Assembly (NCBI GenBank): GCA_038212275.1 | Contig: JBBQUR010000001.1 | Span: forward strand, 1-64,000 | Direction: 5' to 3' | DNA: 64,000 bases | Origin: Planctomycetota bacterium | GTDB lineage: Bacteria; Planctomycetota; B15-G4 | In this document: positions 39,965-51,273 of the stretch, in pieces | Layout of the letters: each line of letters begins with the position of its first letter | How positions within the stretch are numbered: the first letter of the stretch is position 1 | Made by a program: the position numbers and the translations under genes | The notes under the pieces: generated by a model | The model's database searches: none | Seen by the model: the letters and a program-made list of their open reading frames with translations, nothing else | Told to the model about the DNA's origin: nothing

Positions 39965-40855
39965 ATGACGCTTCCTTCCGTGCGCCTTGCCGACCTGCGT
40001 GCGGCCCTGGAGTCCGCCGGGGCGCCACCGCGCCGGCGCCACGGGCAGCACTTCCTGCACGACGGCAGCCTGCTGGCCGCCATCGTCCGGGACGGCGAGG
40101 TGACGGCGGCCGATACGGTGCTCGAGATCGGACCGGGTCCCGGGCTGCTCACGCGCGAGCTGCTGGCTACCGGCGCGCGAGTCGTGGCCGTCGAGATCGA
40201 CCCGCGCATCCGGCAGGTGGCCTACACGCTCATCGAGCCGGAGCTGCAGCGTCGGCTGGACTGGGTCGAGTCCGACGCGCTGTCCGGGACGCGCGAGCTC
40301 TCGCCGGGTCTTCGTGCAGTCCTCCCTCGATGCACGCGGCTCGTGGCCAATCTGCCCTACAACATTGCGGCCCCGCTGGTGGTGAACCTGCTGCGTGAAC
40401 CGACCGCACCGGGGCAGATGGCCGTCATGGTGCAGCGGGAGGTCGGGGAGAGACTGCTCGCAGGCCCGGGGGGGAGGGACTACGGTTCGCTGTCGGTCAT
40501 CACGGGGCTGCTCGCCAGCGGAAAGACCCTGCGCCGCGTGCCTCCGGGCGCCTTCTGGCCGCCTCCCAGGGTCCAGTCCGTGGTCATCGGGCTGACCCGG
40601 CGGGGCGACCTGCCTTCAGAGCCGGCCCTGCAGGACCTCGAGCGCTTCCTCGCGGGGGCCTTCCACAGCCGGCGCAAAATCCTGCTCAACTCGCTGGCGG
40701 CTCACTTCGGCTGCACGGCGACTGAGGTCGCGCGCCGATTGGGGCTCGATGAAAATCTGGAAAAAAGACGTGCGGAGGTCTTCGCGCCAGTACAATTACA
40801 GGCCTTGGCCCATGCTTGGGCCAGCACGGCTCCGAGCGGGCTCAATCGCTCCTGA
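39965..40855 (+). CDS. rsmA: 16S rRNA adenine dimethyltransferase RsmA/KsgA
   Basis: GQHFL, VLEIGPGPGLLT, AVEID, VANLPYNI, MVQREVGERL, YGSLSV, FWPPPRVQS. Confidence 0.95.
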   Translation: MTLPSVRLADLRAALESAGAPPRRRHGQHFLHDGSLLAAIVRDGEVTAADTVLEIGPGPGLLTRELLATGARVVAVEIDPRIRQVAYTLIEPELQRRLDWVESDALSGTRELSPGLRAVLPRCTRLVANLPYNIAAPLVVNLLREPTAPGQMAVMVQREVGERLLAGPGGRDYGSLSVITGLLASGKTLRRVPPGAFWPPPRVQSVVIGLTRRGDLPSEPALQDLERFLAGAFHSRRKILLNSLAAHFGCTATEVARRLGLDENLEKRRAEVFAPVQLQALAHAWASTAPSGLNRS

Positions 40856-41301
40856 CCCGGTCCACGCGGGTCGATCCATTGATCGATGATCGCTATCCGG
40901 TTCCGGCGGCTCGTCAGAGCGCCATGTCACGCCGTCCACAATCGCAGGGGCGCTCTGGCCGTTCTCTGCGGGCGGGGTAGTCTGTCCTGATTTCAACGTC
41001 TCACTTGCGCAGGCCTTGTGCGAGTGCGATCGGGATCACGGACAGCTTGCCGTGGAGGTTGTGCGTGGCGACCACCGGTTCAGTTGGCGTCGCAGCATGT
41101 CCCAAGGAGCGAGTGGTCTTTCGTGAAACCGTGCAGCTCGTGTCCGACAGCGCCTTCCGGGATCGACGTCTTGGCGGCGAGCGGGCGCGCACGACGGCTT
41201 TGCGCAGCCGGGCGTTGCCGGGCAGGACGGCCGGACCCGCAGGACAGTGCTCGCGTCGTGGCCATCGTCGGGTGGGCAGGCGGCGTCGGGTGGGCAGGCG
41301 G

Positions 41302-43062
41302 ATGAATCGCGGCGCCGACAAGGATCTCGTGAAGTCGCGCGTGTCGTTGCGCGACGTGGTGGCGGAGGTCGTGGGAGACCTGCGCTCGCGCGGCGGCGAT
41401 GACCTCTGGGCCTGCTGCCCCTTCCATCGCGAGGAGACGCCTTCCTTTCACATCCGGCCGGCGCTGGGCGTCTACAAGTGCTTCGGCTGCCATGAGAGCG
41501 GCGACGTCATCAGCTTCGTGATGAAGATGCGGGGCATCGGCTTCCGCGAGGCGCTCACCGTGCTCGCGGAGCGCGCCGGACTCGAGCTCGAATCGATCTC
41601 TCCCGAGGACCGACGCCGGCATGCAGAGGCCCGCGCCAGCCGTGCCGTGCTCGACGTCGCGCTCAAGCTCTTCCGCCGGGAATTGCTGTCTCCGGCAGGC
41701 CACACGGCGCTGCTCTACATGCGCAACCGCGGCTTCACCGACGACGTGCTGGCACGCTTCGACGTCGGGTTCATTCCGCGCGACTTCCTCCGCGCGCTCC
41801 GCGCCAACCAGGTGGAGCAGTCCCAGCTCGACGGCGCCGGCTTCACGGCCGCGTTCGGCGGGCGGGTGTGCTTCGGCATCCGCGACGGCAACGGCGCGCT
41901 CGTCGGCTTCGGCGCGCGCAAGCTCGCCGACGATGGCGATGGTCCCAAGTACGTGAACACGCGAGAGACGCCCTGGTTCGCCAAGGGCCGGCTGCTCTAC
42001 GGACTCGACAAGGCGGCGCGCGCCCTGTCGCGCACGCGGCGGCTCGTAGTCATGGAAGGCTACACGGACGTGATGATGGCCCACCAGGCCGGCCTCGACG
42101 AGGCCGTCGCCACGATGGGAACGAGCTTCACGTCTGACCATCTCGCGCTCGTGAAGGCGCGGGTGAGCAACCTCGTGCTGGTCTTCGACGGCGACCCGCC
42201 CGGCCAGCAGGCGGCGGAGCGCGCCTCGCGCATGGTGCTCGCGGAGGGCATGGAGTGCCGGGTGCTCATCCTGCCGCTCGACATGGATCCCTTCGACTGG
42301 TTCGGAAGCCATTCGCGCGCGGACTTCGACGCGCTCCTCGACCAGGCGGCCGTCACCAACGTCGCCTGGCTGTGCCAGCGCGGCGTGGCGGGGCTCGACC
42401 GGGGCCAGCCCGGCGGACGCGAACAGGTCGCCCGGGAGGTCCTCGACGCGGCGCGCACCATCACCGACCCGCTGCGACGCGAGACGGTGGTGGGCGACAT
42501 CGCGCGCATCTGCGGAGTCGATCGCAACGTGCTGCGACGGCAGTCCGGCGGCATCGTGACGCCGGCGCCCGTGGCGCGTCGTCCTCGCACCGCCTCCCAG
42601 CCGGTCAATGCGCTGGTGCGGAGCCACTTCGTGGCGGTGGCCGGGCTGGCCCACGATCCCTCGCGCCGCGGTGTCCTGGCCGAGCTTGTCGCAGACGGCG
42701 CGCTCTCGCACCATGGCGCCTGCTCAGCGCTGGAACTCGGCTTCAAGCTGCTCGACGAGGGCGGCGGCAGGATGGACACGTCCGAGTGGCTGCAGGCGGT
42801 GCGCGATGCCCTGCCCGCCGACGCGGACGAGTTCGAACACATGCTGCTCCCGCCTCCCGACCGCATCCTCTGCAGCTTCGACGAGGCTCTGGCGCACCTG
42901 CGCCGGTGCCGCGCCGGAGAGCTCGACCAGGAACAGAAGCGTCTGGCGATGTCGCGACCCGACCTCGCGTCCCGGAGCGAGCTGCTTCGTGATCTTCACT
43001 CCCGCCTGGCTGGGCCGACCCGCCCGGGTGGTGTCTCCACGTCACCTGCCACCCATCCCTGA
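41302..43062 (+). CDS. dnaG: DNA primase
   Basis: Zn ribbon [11 protein letters not shown]...[40 protein letters not shown]. Confidence 0.95.
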   Translation: MNRGADKDLVKSRVSLRDVVAEVVGDLRSRGGDDLWACCPFHREETPSFHIRPALGVYKCFGCHESGDVISFVMKMRGIGFREALTVLAERAGLELESISPEDRRRHAEARASRAVLDVALKLFRRELLSPAGHTALLYMRNRGFTDDVLARFDVGFIPRDFLRALRANQVEQSQLDGAGFTAAFGGRVCFGIRDGNGALVGFGARKLADDGDGPKYVNTRETPWFAKGRLLYGLDKAARALSRTRRLVVMEGYTDVMMAHQAGLDEAVATMGTSFTSDHLALVKARVSNLVLVFDGDPPGQQAAERASRMVLAEGMECRVLILPLDMDPFDWFGSHSRADFDALLDQAAVTNVAWLCQRGVAGLDRGQPGGREQVAREVLDAARTITDPLRRETVVGDIARICGVDRNVLRRQSGGIVTPAPVARRPRTASQPVNALVRSHFVAVAGLAHDPSRRGVLAELVADGALSHHGACSALELGFKLLDEGGGRMDTSEWLQAVRDALPADADEFEHMLLPPPDRILCSFDEALAHLRRCRAGELDQEQKRLAMSRPDLASRSELLRDLHSRLAGPTRPGGVSTSPATHP

Positions 43063-43142
43063 CCGTATCCGACATTGACCCCTTCATATTCGACCCCGGT
43101 GCCGACGAGCCTCCCGAGCCGGCGCCTTCCAAAGGAGACCAG

Positions 43143-44792
43143 GTGAGCGTTGCCACCTCGATCGACAAGATGGATCCCAGCGTTCGCGTTCTCGTGGAGA
43201 GCGGCAAGAAGCGCGGGTTTGTCACCTACGAGGAGATGAACCAGATCCTCCCGAACGACATCGAGAACATCGATGAAGTGCTGACGCTGCTGGAGGAACT
43301 CGGCATCGAGATCCTCGACGAGGCGGACGTCACGGAGGAACACGAGGCGGAGGCCCGCACGCGTGTCGAGAGCGCCGAGGAGGCGCCCGAGGCCCGCAGC
43401 GCGCCGGCCGAGCGCATCGACGACCCCGTGCGCATGTACCTCACGCAGATGGGCGAGATCCCGCTGCTGACGCGCGAGCAGGAGATCAACCTCGCCCGCC
43501 AGATCGAGGTCACGCGGCGCCACTTCCGCAGGCTCATCATGGCGACGGGTTTCGCCGTGCGCGAGGGCATCCAGATCATCGAGGACGTCGAGAGCGGCCG
43601 GCTCGCCTTCGACCGCACGCTGAAGGTCTCGACCTCGGGCTTCGAGCCGGGCAAGCAGGAAGTTTCCGCGCGTCTCAAGGGCAGCATCTCGACGCTGCGG
43701 GCGCTGCACGAGCGGCAGAGCGCCGACTACGGGCGCTTCCTCGAGGGCAAGGGCAATCCGGCGCAGCGCAAGCTGCTGCTCGAGCGCATCGGCTGGGGTC
43801 GCCGCAAGGGCGCGGAACTGCTCGAAGAGCTGCAGGTGCAGCTCAAGAAGGTGCGCCCGATGATCGAGCTGGTGCGCGAGAAGCACCAGGAGATGGCGAC
43901 CCTCGAGCGCCGGCTGCGCTACTTCAAGGGCAACAAGGCGAGTCGCGAGCACAAGGATCTCAAGACCGATTTCGACGCGCTGCAGATCCAGGCGCAGGAA
44001 AGCCCGCGGCGTCTCGCGATCCGGCTGCGGCTCATCGACGAACGTTACGCGCAGTACGAGGAGGCCAAGCGGCTGCTCTCGTCCGGCAACCTGCGCCTCG
44101 TCGTGTCCATCGCGAAGAAGTACCGCAACCGCGGTCTCTCGTTCCTCGACCTCATCCAGGAGGGCAACACCGGCCTGATGAAGGCCGTGGAGAAGTACGA
44201 GTACCGCCGCGGCTACAAGTTCTCCACCTACGCCACGTGGTGGATCCGTCAGGCCATCACGCGTTCGATCGCCGATCAGGCACGCACCATCCGCATTCCG
44301 GTGCACATGATCGAGACGATGAGCAAGCTGCGCAACGTCACCAAGAAGCTCGTGCAGACGCTGGGCCGCGAACCGACCATCGAGGAGATCGCCCGCAACA
44401 GCGACATCTCGAGCGCGGAAGCCAGGCGGGTGATGAAGATCAGCAAGCACCCGATCTCGCTGGATCGACCGATCGGCGAGGGCGACGACAGCTACTTCGG
44501 CGACTTCATCGAGGACGAGAGCGCCGTCTCGCCCGTGACGGCCGCCGCGCAGGAGATGCTGAAGGACAAGATCATGGCCGTGCTCGACACGCTGTCCTTC
44601 CGCGAGCGCGAGATCATCAAACTGCGCTACGGCATCGGCGACGGCTACACCTACACGCTCGAGGAGGTGGGGCGCATCTTCAAGGTCACGCGTGAACGCG
44701 TGCGCCAGATCGAGGCCAAGGCGGTGCGCAAGCTCCAGCACCCGGTGCGCTCGCGCATGCTGGAAGGCTTCATCGACAGCGCCGCGCAGTGA
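43143..44792 (+). CDS. rpoD: Primary sigma factor RpoD
   Basis: Region 1.1, [72 protein letters not shown]. Confidence 0.97.
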   Translation: MSVATSIDKMDPSVRVLVESGKKRGFVTYEEMNQILPNDIENIDEVLTLLEELGIEILDEADVTEEHEAEARTRVESAEEAPEARSAPAERIDDPVRMYLTQMGEIPLLTREQEINLARQIEVTRRHFRRLIMATGFAVREGIQIIEDVESGRLAFDRTLKVSTSGFEPGKQEVSARLKGSISTLRALHERQSADYGRFLEGKGNPAQRKLLLERIGWGRRKGAELLEELQVQLKKVRPMIELVREKHQEMATLERRLRYFKGNKASREHKDLKTDFDALQIQAQESPRRLAIRLRLIDERYAQYEEAKRLLSSGNLRLVVSIAKKYRNRGLSFLDLIQEGNTGLMKAVEKYEYRRGYKFSTYATWWIRQAITRSIADQARTIRIPVHMIETMSKLRNVTKKLVQTLGREPTIEEIARNSDISSAEARRVMKISKHPISLDRPIGEGDDSYFGDFIEDESAVSPVTAAAQEMLKDKIMAVLDTLSFREREIIKLRYGIGDGYTYTLEEVGRIFKVTRERVRQIEAKAVRKLQHPVRSRMLEGFIDSAAQ

Positions 44793-44803
44793 GGCGGGGC
44801 CTG

Positions 44804-44842
44804 ACGACCGGCGGCCGGAGCCATCGCTCCGGACCGCCGGTC
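44804..44842 (+). terminator. Long inverted repeat after rpoD
   Basis: CGACCGGCGG-CCGGAGC-CATC-GCTCCGG-A-CCGCCGGTCG; no U-tail. Confidence 0.5.
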
Positions 44843-44913
44843 GACGCTGTTCAGCGACCTCCCGCTCTGGTACCCTGCCCGTTCGACCCTTGCTCTCAAG
44901 GTGAAACGGCCAA

Positions 44914-45651
44914 GTGACGCGAGAAGACCAGAGGCAGCAGATCTTCCAGCTCATCGCCCTGCGCGACGTCGACCGACTTCGCTCGCAAGCCAGCCTCTTG
45001 ATCGACTCGGTGCCCCGCGTCCTTGGCGCCCGCCACCGGGATTCGACCGGGGCTCATGGTCAACTCGACGCCGCGCGCAACAAGCTCCAGGGCTTCAAGG
45101 CGCACCTTAAGTCGCTGGAACTCGACCTCTCGGAACGCGAGTCGGCCATCCTGAAGGCCAACGGCAATCTCATGTCGGCCAAGACGAATCAGGAGTACAG
45201 CCTCCTCGTGGCCGAGATCGCCCGCAAGGTCGAGGACAAGGGCAAGGTCGAGGAATCCATCCTCGAGCAGTTCGAGACCATCAAGCAGGGCGAGGGGCTC
45301 GTGAAGGCCGCCGAGCAGCACCTGGTCGAGGCCGAAGCCGAGTACAAGGCCTTTGAGAACCGCGCGAAGAACGAGTGGGAAACGCACCGTGCCGAACTCG
45401 CGGCACTCGACGAGCGCCGCGAGCAGATCCGCCGCGCCATCGAGCCTGTCGTCCTCAAGCTGTACGACCGCGCACACGCCGCGCACGGCGAGGGCGTCGC
45501 CGCAGTGGAGGTCCACATCTGCCAGGGTTGCTTCTCGACGGTGACGCCCAACGATCGCAGCCGGCTCATCTCCGGCCTCGAGCTGATCATGTGCCGCTCG
45601 TGCCAGCGCATCCTGTACCTGCCCGAGGTCCTGCAGGCGACGAGCGGCTGA
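44914..45651 (+). CDS. Coiled-coil plus C4 zinc-ribbon protein (CT398/HP0958 family)
   Basis: LIALRDVD, KTNQEY..L..EI, LYDR, CQGC...CRSCQRILY. Confidence 0.88.
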   Translation: MTREDQRQQIFQLIALRDVDRLRSQASLLIDSVPRVLGARHRDSTGAHGQLDAARNKLQGFKAHLKSLELDLSERESAILKANGNLMSAKTNQEYSLLVAEIARKVEDKGKVEESILEQFETIKQGEGLVKAAEQHLVEAEAEYKAFENRAKNEWETHRAELAALDERREQIRRAIEPVVLKLYDRAHAAHGEGVAAVEVHICQGCFSTVTPNDRSRLISGLELIMCRSCQRILYLPEVLQATSG

Positions 45652-45662
45652 TCGTCCGACCG

Positions 45663-47570
45663 ATGTCCGCGATCCGCACGACAATCGTCGGCACGGCGGG
45701 CCACATCGACCACGGCAAGTCCGCCCTCGTGCGCGCGCTCACGGGAATCGATCCCGACCGGCTGCTCGAGGAGCAGAAGCGGGGCATGACCATCGACCTC
45801 GGCTTCGCGCCCTACCGGCACCAGAGCGGCTCGCTCGTCGGCATCATCGACGTGCCGGGCCACGAGCGCTTCGTGAAGAACATGGTCGCGGGCGCCACGT
45901 CGGTGGACATCGTCCTGCTCGTGGTCGCGGCCGACGACGGCGTCATGCCGCAGACGCGCGAGCACCTCGCGATCCTCGGCTTGCTCGGCGTGACGCGCGG
46001 CCTCGTCGTGCTCAACAAGGTGGACCTCGTCGGGCCCGAGTTGCTCGACATGGCGCGGCAGGACATCGAGGCGCTGGTGGCGGGCACCTTCCTGCAGGGC
46101 GCGCCGGTGCTGCCCGTCTCGGCCACGGTCGGCACGGGTCTCCCCGAGCTGCGCGCGCAACTCGACGCACTCATCGACACGGTGCCGCCGCGCGACACGA
46201 GCGGCGCCTTCCGGCTGCCCGTCCAGCGCGTTTTCTCCGCGAAGGGCCACGGCACGGTGGTCACCGGCGTGCCCGTGAGCGGCTCCGTCGCAGCGGGCGA
46301 CGAACTGGAGGTGGTGGGCCGCGATCTCGCGCTGCGGGTCCGCGGCGTGCAGGCCTACGGCGCCGCGCGCGACGTCGGTCGTGCGGGTCACAGCACGGCG
46401 CTCAACGTCACGGGGGCGGGACGGGGTGACATCGTGCGCGGTGATGTCGTCGCACGTCCCGGCGTCTTCGCGGCGCGGCGGCGGCTCTCCGTGCACTACA
46501 CGCACATCGACGGACGGGCGCTGCGCAACAATGCGCCGGTGCGCCTGCACGTCGGCACCGCCGAGGTCCTGGGCCAGGCCGTGGTGCTCGACGCCGCTGC
46601 GGTGGCGGCGGGCGATGCCGCCTTTCTGCAGCTCCGCCTGCACGAGGCAACGACTTGCGCGCCCGGCGACAGGTTCCTGCTGCGCGACCAGTCCTCACTC
46701 GCCGTGCTCGGAGGCGGACTCGTGCTTGCCGCGACCGACGGCCGCCTGAAGCGCTTCAAGGAGCGCGTGCTGAGCGACGCCCGAGCCAGGCTCGAGGCCC
46801 AGGGAGATCCCGGACGCCTGCTCGCCGTCGCGCTGTCGGCTGCGGGACGCCGCGGCCTCTCGCTCGCGGCGCTCGCCGTGGAAACGGGCGTGCCGGCCTC
46901 CGCGCTGCGCCTGCCACTCGAGACGCTGGCAGCCGCAGGCGAGATCGTCGCCGCACCGGGTGGGCTCTATATCGATGGCGTGGCGCTCGAGGAGTTCGCC
47001 GACGACCTGCTCGCCGCGGTGAGCGCCGAGCACAAGGCGCGGCCGCTGCTCGACTGGGTGGACCTCAAGGACGTGCGTGCGCGCGTGGCAGCCGAGGACG
47101 TCGCGCTGGACGCGGTGCTGGCGACCGACCGCCGCTTCGAGACGGCGCCCGGCGGCAAGCTGCGCCGCCACGGATACCGGGCACTGCTCAGCAACGCGCA
47201 GCGCGAGGCGCGGGAACGCACGCTCGCGGCGCTGGCCGCCGGCGCCGCCACGCCGCCCGCGATCGATCCGGCCTTCACGGGCCTGCCGGAAAAGGAAACG
47301 CGCGCGCTGATCTCGATGCTCCGCGCCGCCGGCGAGGCCGTCGCGGTCGAGCAGCACCTCTTCCATCCGGCGGCGCTCGAACGGATGCGCGGCATCATCC
47401 GCGAGCACGGCCGCGCGCGCCTGGGCGCCATCAGCATTCCGGAGCTGCGCGACGAACTGGCGACCACGCGCAAGTACCTCATTCCGCTGCTCGAATTCTT
47501 CGACGCGGAGGGCCTGACCGTGCGCCACGGTGACAAGCGGACGTTGCGCCACGTGGACCTGCCGTCGTGA
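45663..47570 (+). CDS. selB: Selenocysteine-specific elongation factor
   Basis: [48 protein letters not shown]-terminal [13 protein letters not shown] winged helix. Confidence 0.96.
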   Translation: MSAIRTTIVGTAGHIDHGKSALVRALTGIDPDRLLEEQKRGMTIDLGFAPYRHQSGSLVGIIDVPGHERFVKNMVAGATSVDIVLLVVAADDGVMPQTREHLAILGLLGVTRGLVVLNKVDLVGPELLDMARQDIEALVAGTFLQGAPVLPVSATVGTGLPELRAQLDALIDTVPPRDTSGAFRLPVQRVFSAKGHGTVVTGVPVSGSVAAGDELEVVGRDLALRVRGVQAYGAARDVGRAGHSTALNVTGAGRGDIVRGDVVARPGVFAARRRLSVHYTHIDGRALRNNAPVRLHVGTAEVLGQAVVLDAAAVAAGDAAFLQLRLHEATTCAPGDRFLLRDQSSLAVLGGGLVLAATDGRLKRFKERVLSDARARLEAQGDPGRLLAVALSAAGRRGLSLAALAVETGVPASALRLPLETLAAAGEIVAAPGGLYIDGVALEEFADDLLAAVSAEHKARPLLDWVDLKDVRARVAAEDVALDAVLATDRRFETAPGGKLRRHGYRALLSNAQREARERTLAALAAGAATPPAIDPAFTGLPEKETRALISMLRAAGEAVAVEQHLFHPAALERMRGIIREHGRARLGAISIPELRDELATTRKYLIPLLEFFDAEGLTVRHGDKRTLRHVDLPS

Positions 47571-49531
47571 GGTCCTCGAGCCGGGCGCGGCTCGGCGGCT
47601 GTCTCGCGGCACTCTCACTTGCGGCGTGCTCTCACGCCCCGGCACGTCCGTCCGTGCTTCTCGTCACGATCGACACGCTGCGCGCCGACGCGGTCTCGGC
47701 CTGGGGCGGGCGGCCGGGCAGCACGCCGGTCATGGATGCGCTGTGTGCGCGCGGCACGCGGTTCGCTCAGGCGAGCACCGTGACGCCGCTCACGCTGCCG
47801 GCTCACGCCTCGATGCTCACGGGACTGCGACCTGCCCGGCACGGCCTCACGGTGAACGGGGTTGCGGTGGCGCGCCTCCCCGTGCCGACGCTGGCGGAAC
47901 ACCTGCACGAGGGCGGGTGGACCACCGCCGCCTTCGTGTCGAGCACCGTCCTCGATCATCTGCACGGCCTGGCCATCGGCTTCGACCTCTACGATGACGA
48001 CCTGCTCGTCGCCGGCGGTCCGCCGGTGCCGACGGAGCGGCGCGGCGATGTCACCGTGGATCACGCCGTCGCGTGGGAGGGATGGTCGACCGAGCCCTTC
48101 TTCGCGTGGGTTCACCTCTTCGACCCGCATGCGCCGTACGCGGCGCCCGCGCCGCCCGATGCGCCCGATGCGCCCGATGCGCCCGATGCGCCCGCGCCGG
48201 CTGCGCCGCCCGCGCCGGCTGCGCCGGCTGGCGCAGCAGCCGACGCCGCGGGGGATGTCTCGCCGGAGGCCGAGCGTGCCAGCTACGAGGCCGAAGTGGC
48301 CTTCGCCGATGCACAACTCGGCCGGTTGCTGGAGGCCGTGCGGGCACGGGCGCGCGGACCCGTCCTCGTCGTCCTCGCGGCGGACCACGGCGAGGGGCTC
48401 GGTGAGCACGGCGAGGAAACGCACGGACTGCTGCTGCACGAGGCGACGATGCACGTGCCGCTCGCCGTGGCGTGGCTCGGCGAGCCGCCGGAGGGCGCCA
48501 CGTTTCCGGTCGGCGGCGCCGTGCGCTCCGAAGCCGTCTCGCTGCTCGACGTGATGCCCACCGTGCTCGACGTGCTCGGCTTGCCCGAGGGCGCGGCGCC
48601 CGCTCTCGATGGTCGCTCGTTGCGCACGCCTGCGCCCGGCCGCGCGCTGCCGCTCGAGACGCGCGCGCCGTGGGTCTACTACGGCTTCTCGCCGCTCGTC
48701 GGCGTCCGTCGCGACGGCGACAAGCTCGTCGGCGCACCGCTCGCGGGCGCACCCGACTGGACGCTCACGTCGCCGGTCGACGATCCGCGCGAGGAGCACG
48801 GCGTCGTCGTGACCGACCACGCGCTGCTGGCGCTGATGCGTTCGCCCGAACCGGAGCACGAGGCCGCGCCGGCCGGTGACGGCGCGGCGCTGGCCGCCCT
48901 TGGCTACATGGGCCGGCAGGCGCCGGACGCGCCCGCGGGCCCGACCGGCGCGACACTGGCCGACCCGCGCACGGAGCAGGCCTTCATCGTGCTGCTGGAC
49001 CGGGCCAACACGGACATCGTGCTCGGCCGCGCGGAGCAGGCGCTCTCCAGCCTGGACGCGGCGGGCGCGGCGCACGAAGCGCGACCTGAGCTGCTGCTGC
49101 TGCGCGGTCGGGCTTACGCTGCCCTCGGTCGCTGGGATGAGGCGGTGGAGGTGCTGGACCGCGCGCAGCGCGCACGTCCGAGCGTGGACCTGCTCATCGA
49201 ATATGGTCGGGCGCAGATTCTCCGGGCGCAGGCCTTCGGCACGCCTCCGGACGCGGCCATCCCGGCGCTGGACGCCGCGCTGGCGGCCGCCCCCGGCGAA
49301 CCGCGCGCCGTCGCGCTGCGCTCGCTGGCGGATCTGCTGCGCGGCGGCGGTGTCGCGGCGCTCGTGCGGCTCGACGAGGCGCTGTCGGAGCGGCCTCGCG
49401 ACATCACGCTGCTGGGAGTGAAGCTGCGCGTGCTCGTGGAGTTGAAGCGCGAGCCGGAAGCCGATGCGGTGCGCGCGCTGCTGGGCACGCTGTGGCCCGA
49501 GCACCCGGCGCTGATGACGCCCGCACGCTGA
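47567..49531 (+). CDS. Sulfatase-like lipoprotein with C-terminal TPR-like repeats
   Basis: Lipobox LAAC; VLLVTIDTLRAD, LTLPAHASMLTG, WVHLFDPHAPY, ADHGEGLGEHGE; helical C-terminus; GTGA overlap with selB. Confidence 0.87.
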   Translation: MRSSSRARLGGCLAALSLAACSHAPARPSVLLVTIDTLRADAVSAWGGRPGSTPVMDALCARGTRFAQASTVTPLTLPAHASMLTGLRPARHGLTVNGVAVARLPVPTLAEHLHEGGWTTAAFVSSTVLDHLHGLAIGFDLYDDDLLVAGGPPVPTERRGDVTVDHAVAWEGWSTEPFFAWVHLFDPHAPYAAPAPPDAPDAPDAPDAPAPAAPPAPAAPAGAAADAAGDVSPEAERASYEAEVAFADAQLGRLLEAVRARARGPVLVVLAADHGEGLGEHGEETHGLLLHEATMHVPLAVAWLGEPPEGATFPVGGAVRSEAVSLLDVMPTVLDVLGLPEGAAPALDGRSLRTPAPGRALPLETRAPWVYYGFSPLVGVRRDGDKLVGAPLAGAPDWTLTSPVDDPREEHGVVVTDHALLALMRSPEPEHEAAPAGDGAALAALGYMGRQAPDAPAGPTGATLADPRTEQAFIVLLDRANTDIVLGRAEQALSSLDAAGAAHEARPELLLLRGRAYAALGRWDEAVEVLDRAQRARPSVDLLIEYGRAQILRAQAFGTPPDAAIPALDAALAAAPGEPRAVALRSLADLLRGGGVAALVRLDEALSERPRDITLLGVKLRVLVELKREPEADAVRALLGTLWPEHPALMTPAR

Positions 49532-49540
49532 GCCTGGGCG

Positions 49541-50185
49541 TCAGCCGTCCAGCAGCCTGGCCTGCTCGTCGAGCAGCGTGCGCAATCTGGCCAGCATGCT
49601 GTCGCCGAGATTCCGGCCTTGCTCCAGGTTGTCGTGGAGCAGGCGTTCGACCATCGGCGCCTGGCGCTCGATTTCGCCCAGGCCCGTGGCAAGCGACGCG
49701 ATGCGTGCGCGGCGGGCCTCGTCCTTCTCGGGGCACGCGGCGAGCTTGCTGCGCTGAGTGCCGGCCTCGGCCAGCATCGGCTGCGACCGGCTTCGCCATG
49801 CGACGAGGGCTGAGCACTCCCGGTGCAGGTTCACCGCAAGCGAGAGCACGACGTCCGCCTCGTCCACCAGGCCGCGCAGCGCGGGCAGCCTCTCGCGCCG
49901 GTCGGTGGCGTCGTCCTGGGTGATCTGCACGCGCCGGCTCTTGAGTCCGGCGAGGCGGTTGAGCAAGTCGTCGCGCTGGTCGCGCAGCGCAAGCACCATG
50001 CCCTGGGCGCGCAGCGCCTGGTAGTCCGGATCGAGGGCCGACAGCTCGGCCTCCACCGCCGCGAAGGCCTCGTCCGTGTTAGCCATGCCACGATCGAGGT
50101 CCGCATCTCCGCCCCCGGCGAGCGCGGCCCAGAGCAGCAGCGCAGCGAACAGGAGCACGGCGAGCAGGATGCGCGCACCGCTCAC
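49541..50185 (-). CDS. Hypothetical protein, N-terminal TM plus coiled coil
   Basis: GTG 50185 overlaps the upstream stop (GTGA); RILLAVLLFAALLLWAAL followed by helical heptad-like sequence. Confidence 0.7.
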   Translation of the reverse strand: MSGARILLAVLLFAALLLWAALAGGGDADLDRGMANTDEAFAAVEAELSALDPDYQALRAQGMVLALRDQRDDLLNRLAGLKSRRVQITQDDATDRRERLPALRGLVDEADVVLSLAVNLHRECSALVAWRSRSQPMLAEAGTQRSKLAACPEKDEARRARIASLATGLGEIERQAPMVERLLHDNLEQGRNLGDSMLARLRTLLDEQARLLDG

Positions 50186-51273
50186 GGGCCGGGCTCCGCG
50201 CGCTGGCGCGTCCCGCCGCCGTCGGGTGACTGCGCGGTGTGCACCGCGTAGTCGCGCGGAGCGTCGAGCACGTCTCGCGGCGAGGGCATCACGGCGTTGC
50301 GGACGAGGCGGGCGCCGGCCGGCACCACCGCGAAGGGCATCACCAGGCACTGGTCGAGCCGCGCCCGGGCGCCGATGCGCGCGCCCTTGCCGACCACCGT
50401 GCCGCACGTCAGCTCCGCTTCCGGCGAGACCTGCGCGTCGGGATGCACGAGGCTCTCGCTTCCGTCGCGCCGCCCGCCCTGCGCGAGAAGCTCCGGCAGG
50501 ACGGGCAGTTCGCCGGCGAGCGCTGCGCGATGGGCATCAAGCCACGCGGGCACGTTGCCGAGTTCGGCCCACGCACCGGCGTGCACGAAACCCGCGCAGC
50601 GCGCGCCCGACGCCAGCGCCGGCACATAACCCTGCCGCACGAGGCAGCTCGTGCCGGCCGGGAAGCGGTCCAGGAAGGTCGGCGTGAGCACATGCACGCT
50701 GGCATTGACCGCACGCTCCCGGCCCGGCCTGCCGACCAGTCCCACGATGTCGGAGAGCAAGCCGAGGGCGTCGGTCTCGACGGCGCCGAAGAACGACGTG
50801 TCGGCGTGAGGCGTCAGGGCCATGGTTGCTTCCGCGCCGGTGTCCTCGTGACGGCGCACGAGTGCCGCATAGTCGATGTCCGTGAGGATGTCACCGGCGA
50901 GCACCAGCACGGGGCCGCTGCCGCGCCAGTCGCGCAGATTGCGGAGACCTCCTCCGGTGCCGAGCAGCTCACGCTCCGTGCGGACGTGGAGCTCAAGGCC
51001 GGGCACCGGGCCGTCTTCGGCGAACCGGCGCACCTGTTCCGCATGATGAAAGGCATTGAGCGCGACGCGCCGGATGCCCGCCGTGCGCAGCCCGTGCAGC
51101 ACGTGCGTGAGCAGCGGCACGTTGAGGAAGGGAACCAAAGGCTTCGGCATCACGTCGGTGAGCGGGTGCAGGCGCGTGCCGTGGCCGGCGCAGAGCACGA
51201 TGGCCTGGCGCAGGCCGCAGTCGCGCGTCGGCGAAACGCCGCCCGCGCCGCGAACGCCGGCCGCGCCGCTCAC
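50182..51273 (-). CDS. NDP-sugar pyrophosphorylase (MurU/Mpg-like) with short LbH tail
   Basis: AIVLCAGHGTRLHPLT..MPKPLVP, LLGTGGGL, GDIL, C-terminal hexapeptide-like VVGKGARIGARARL. Confidence 0.85.
   Translation of the reverse strand: MSGAAGVRGAGGVSPTRDCGLRQAIVLCAGHGTRLHPLTDVMPKPLVPFLNVPLLTHVLHGLRTAGIRRVALNAFHHAEQVRRFAEDGPVPGLELHVRTERELLGTGGGLRNLRDWRGSGPVLVLAGDILTDIDYAALVRRHEDTGAEATMALTPHADTSFFGAVETDALGLLSDIVGLVGRPGRERAVNASVHVLTPTFLDRFPAGTSCLVRQGYVPALASGARCAGFVHAGAWAELGNVPAWLDAHRAALAGELPVLPELLAQGGRRDGSESLVHPDAQVSPEAELTCGTVVGKGARIGARARLDQCLVMPFAVVPAGARLVRNAVMPSPRDVLDAPRDYAVHTAQSPDGGGTRQRAEPGP

Noticed and set aside
44793..44913. tRNA-Sec (selC) near selB
   Set aside because: Only a simple hairpin; no UCA anticodon arm or tRNA cloverleaf.
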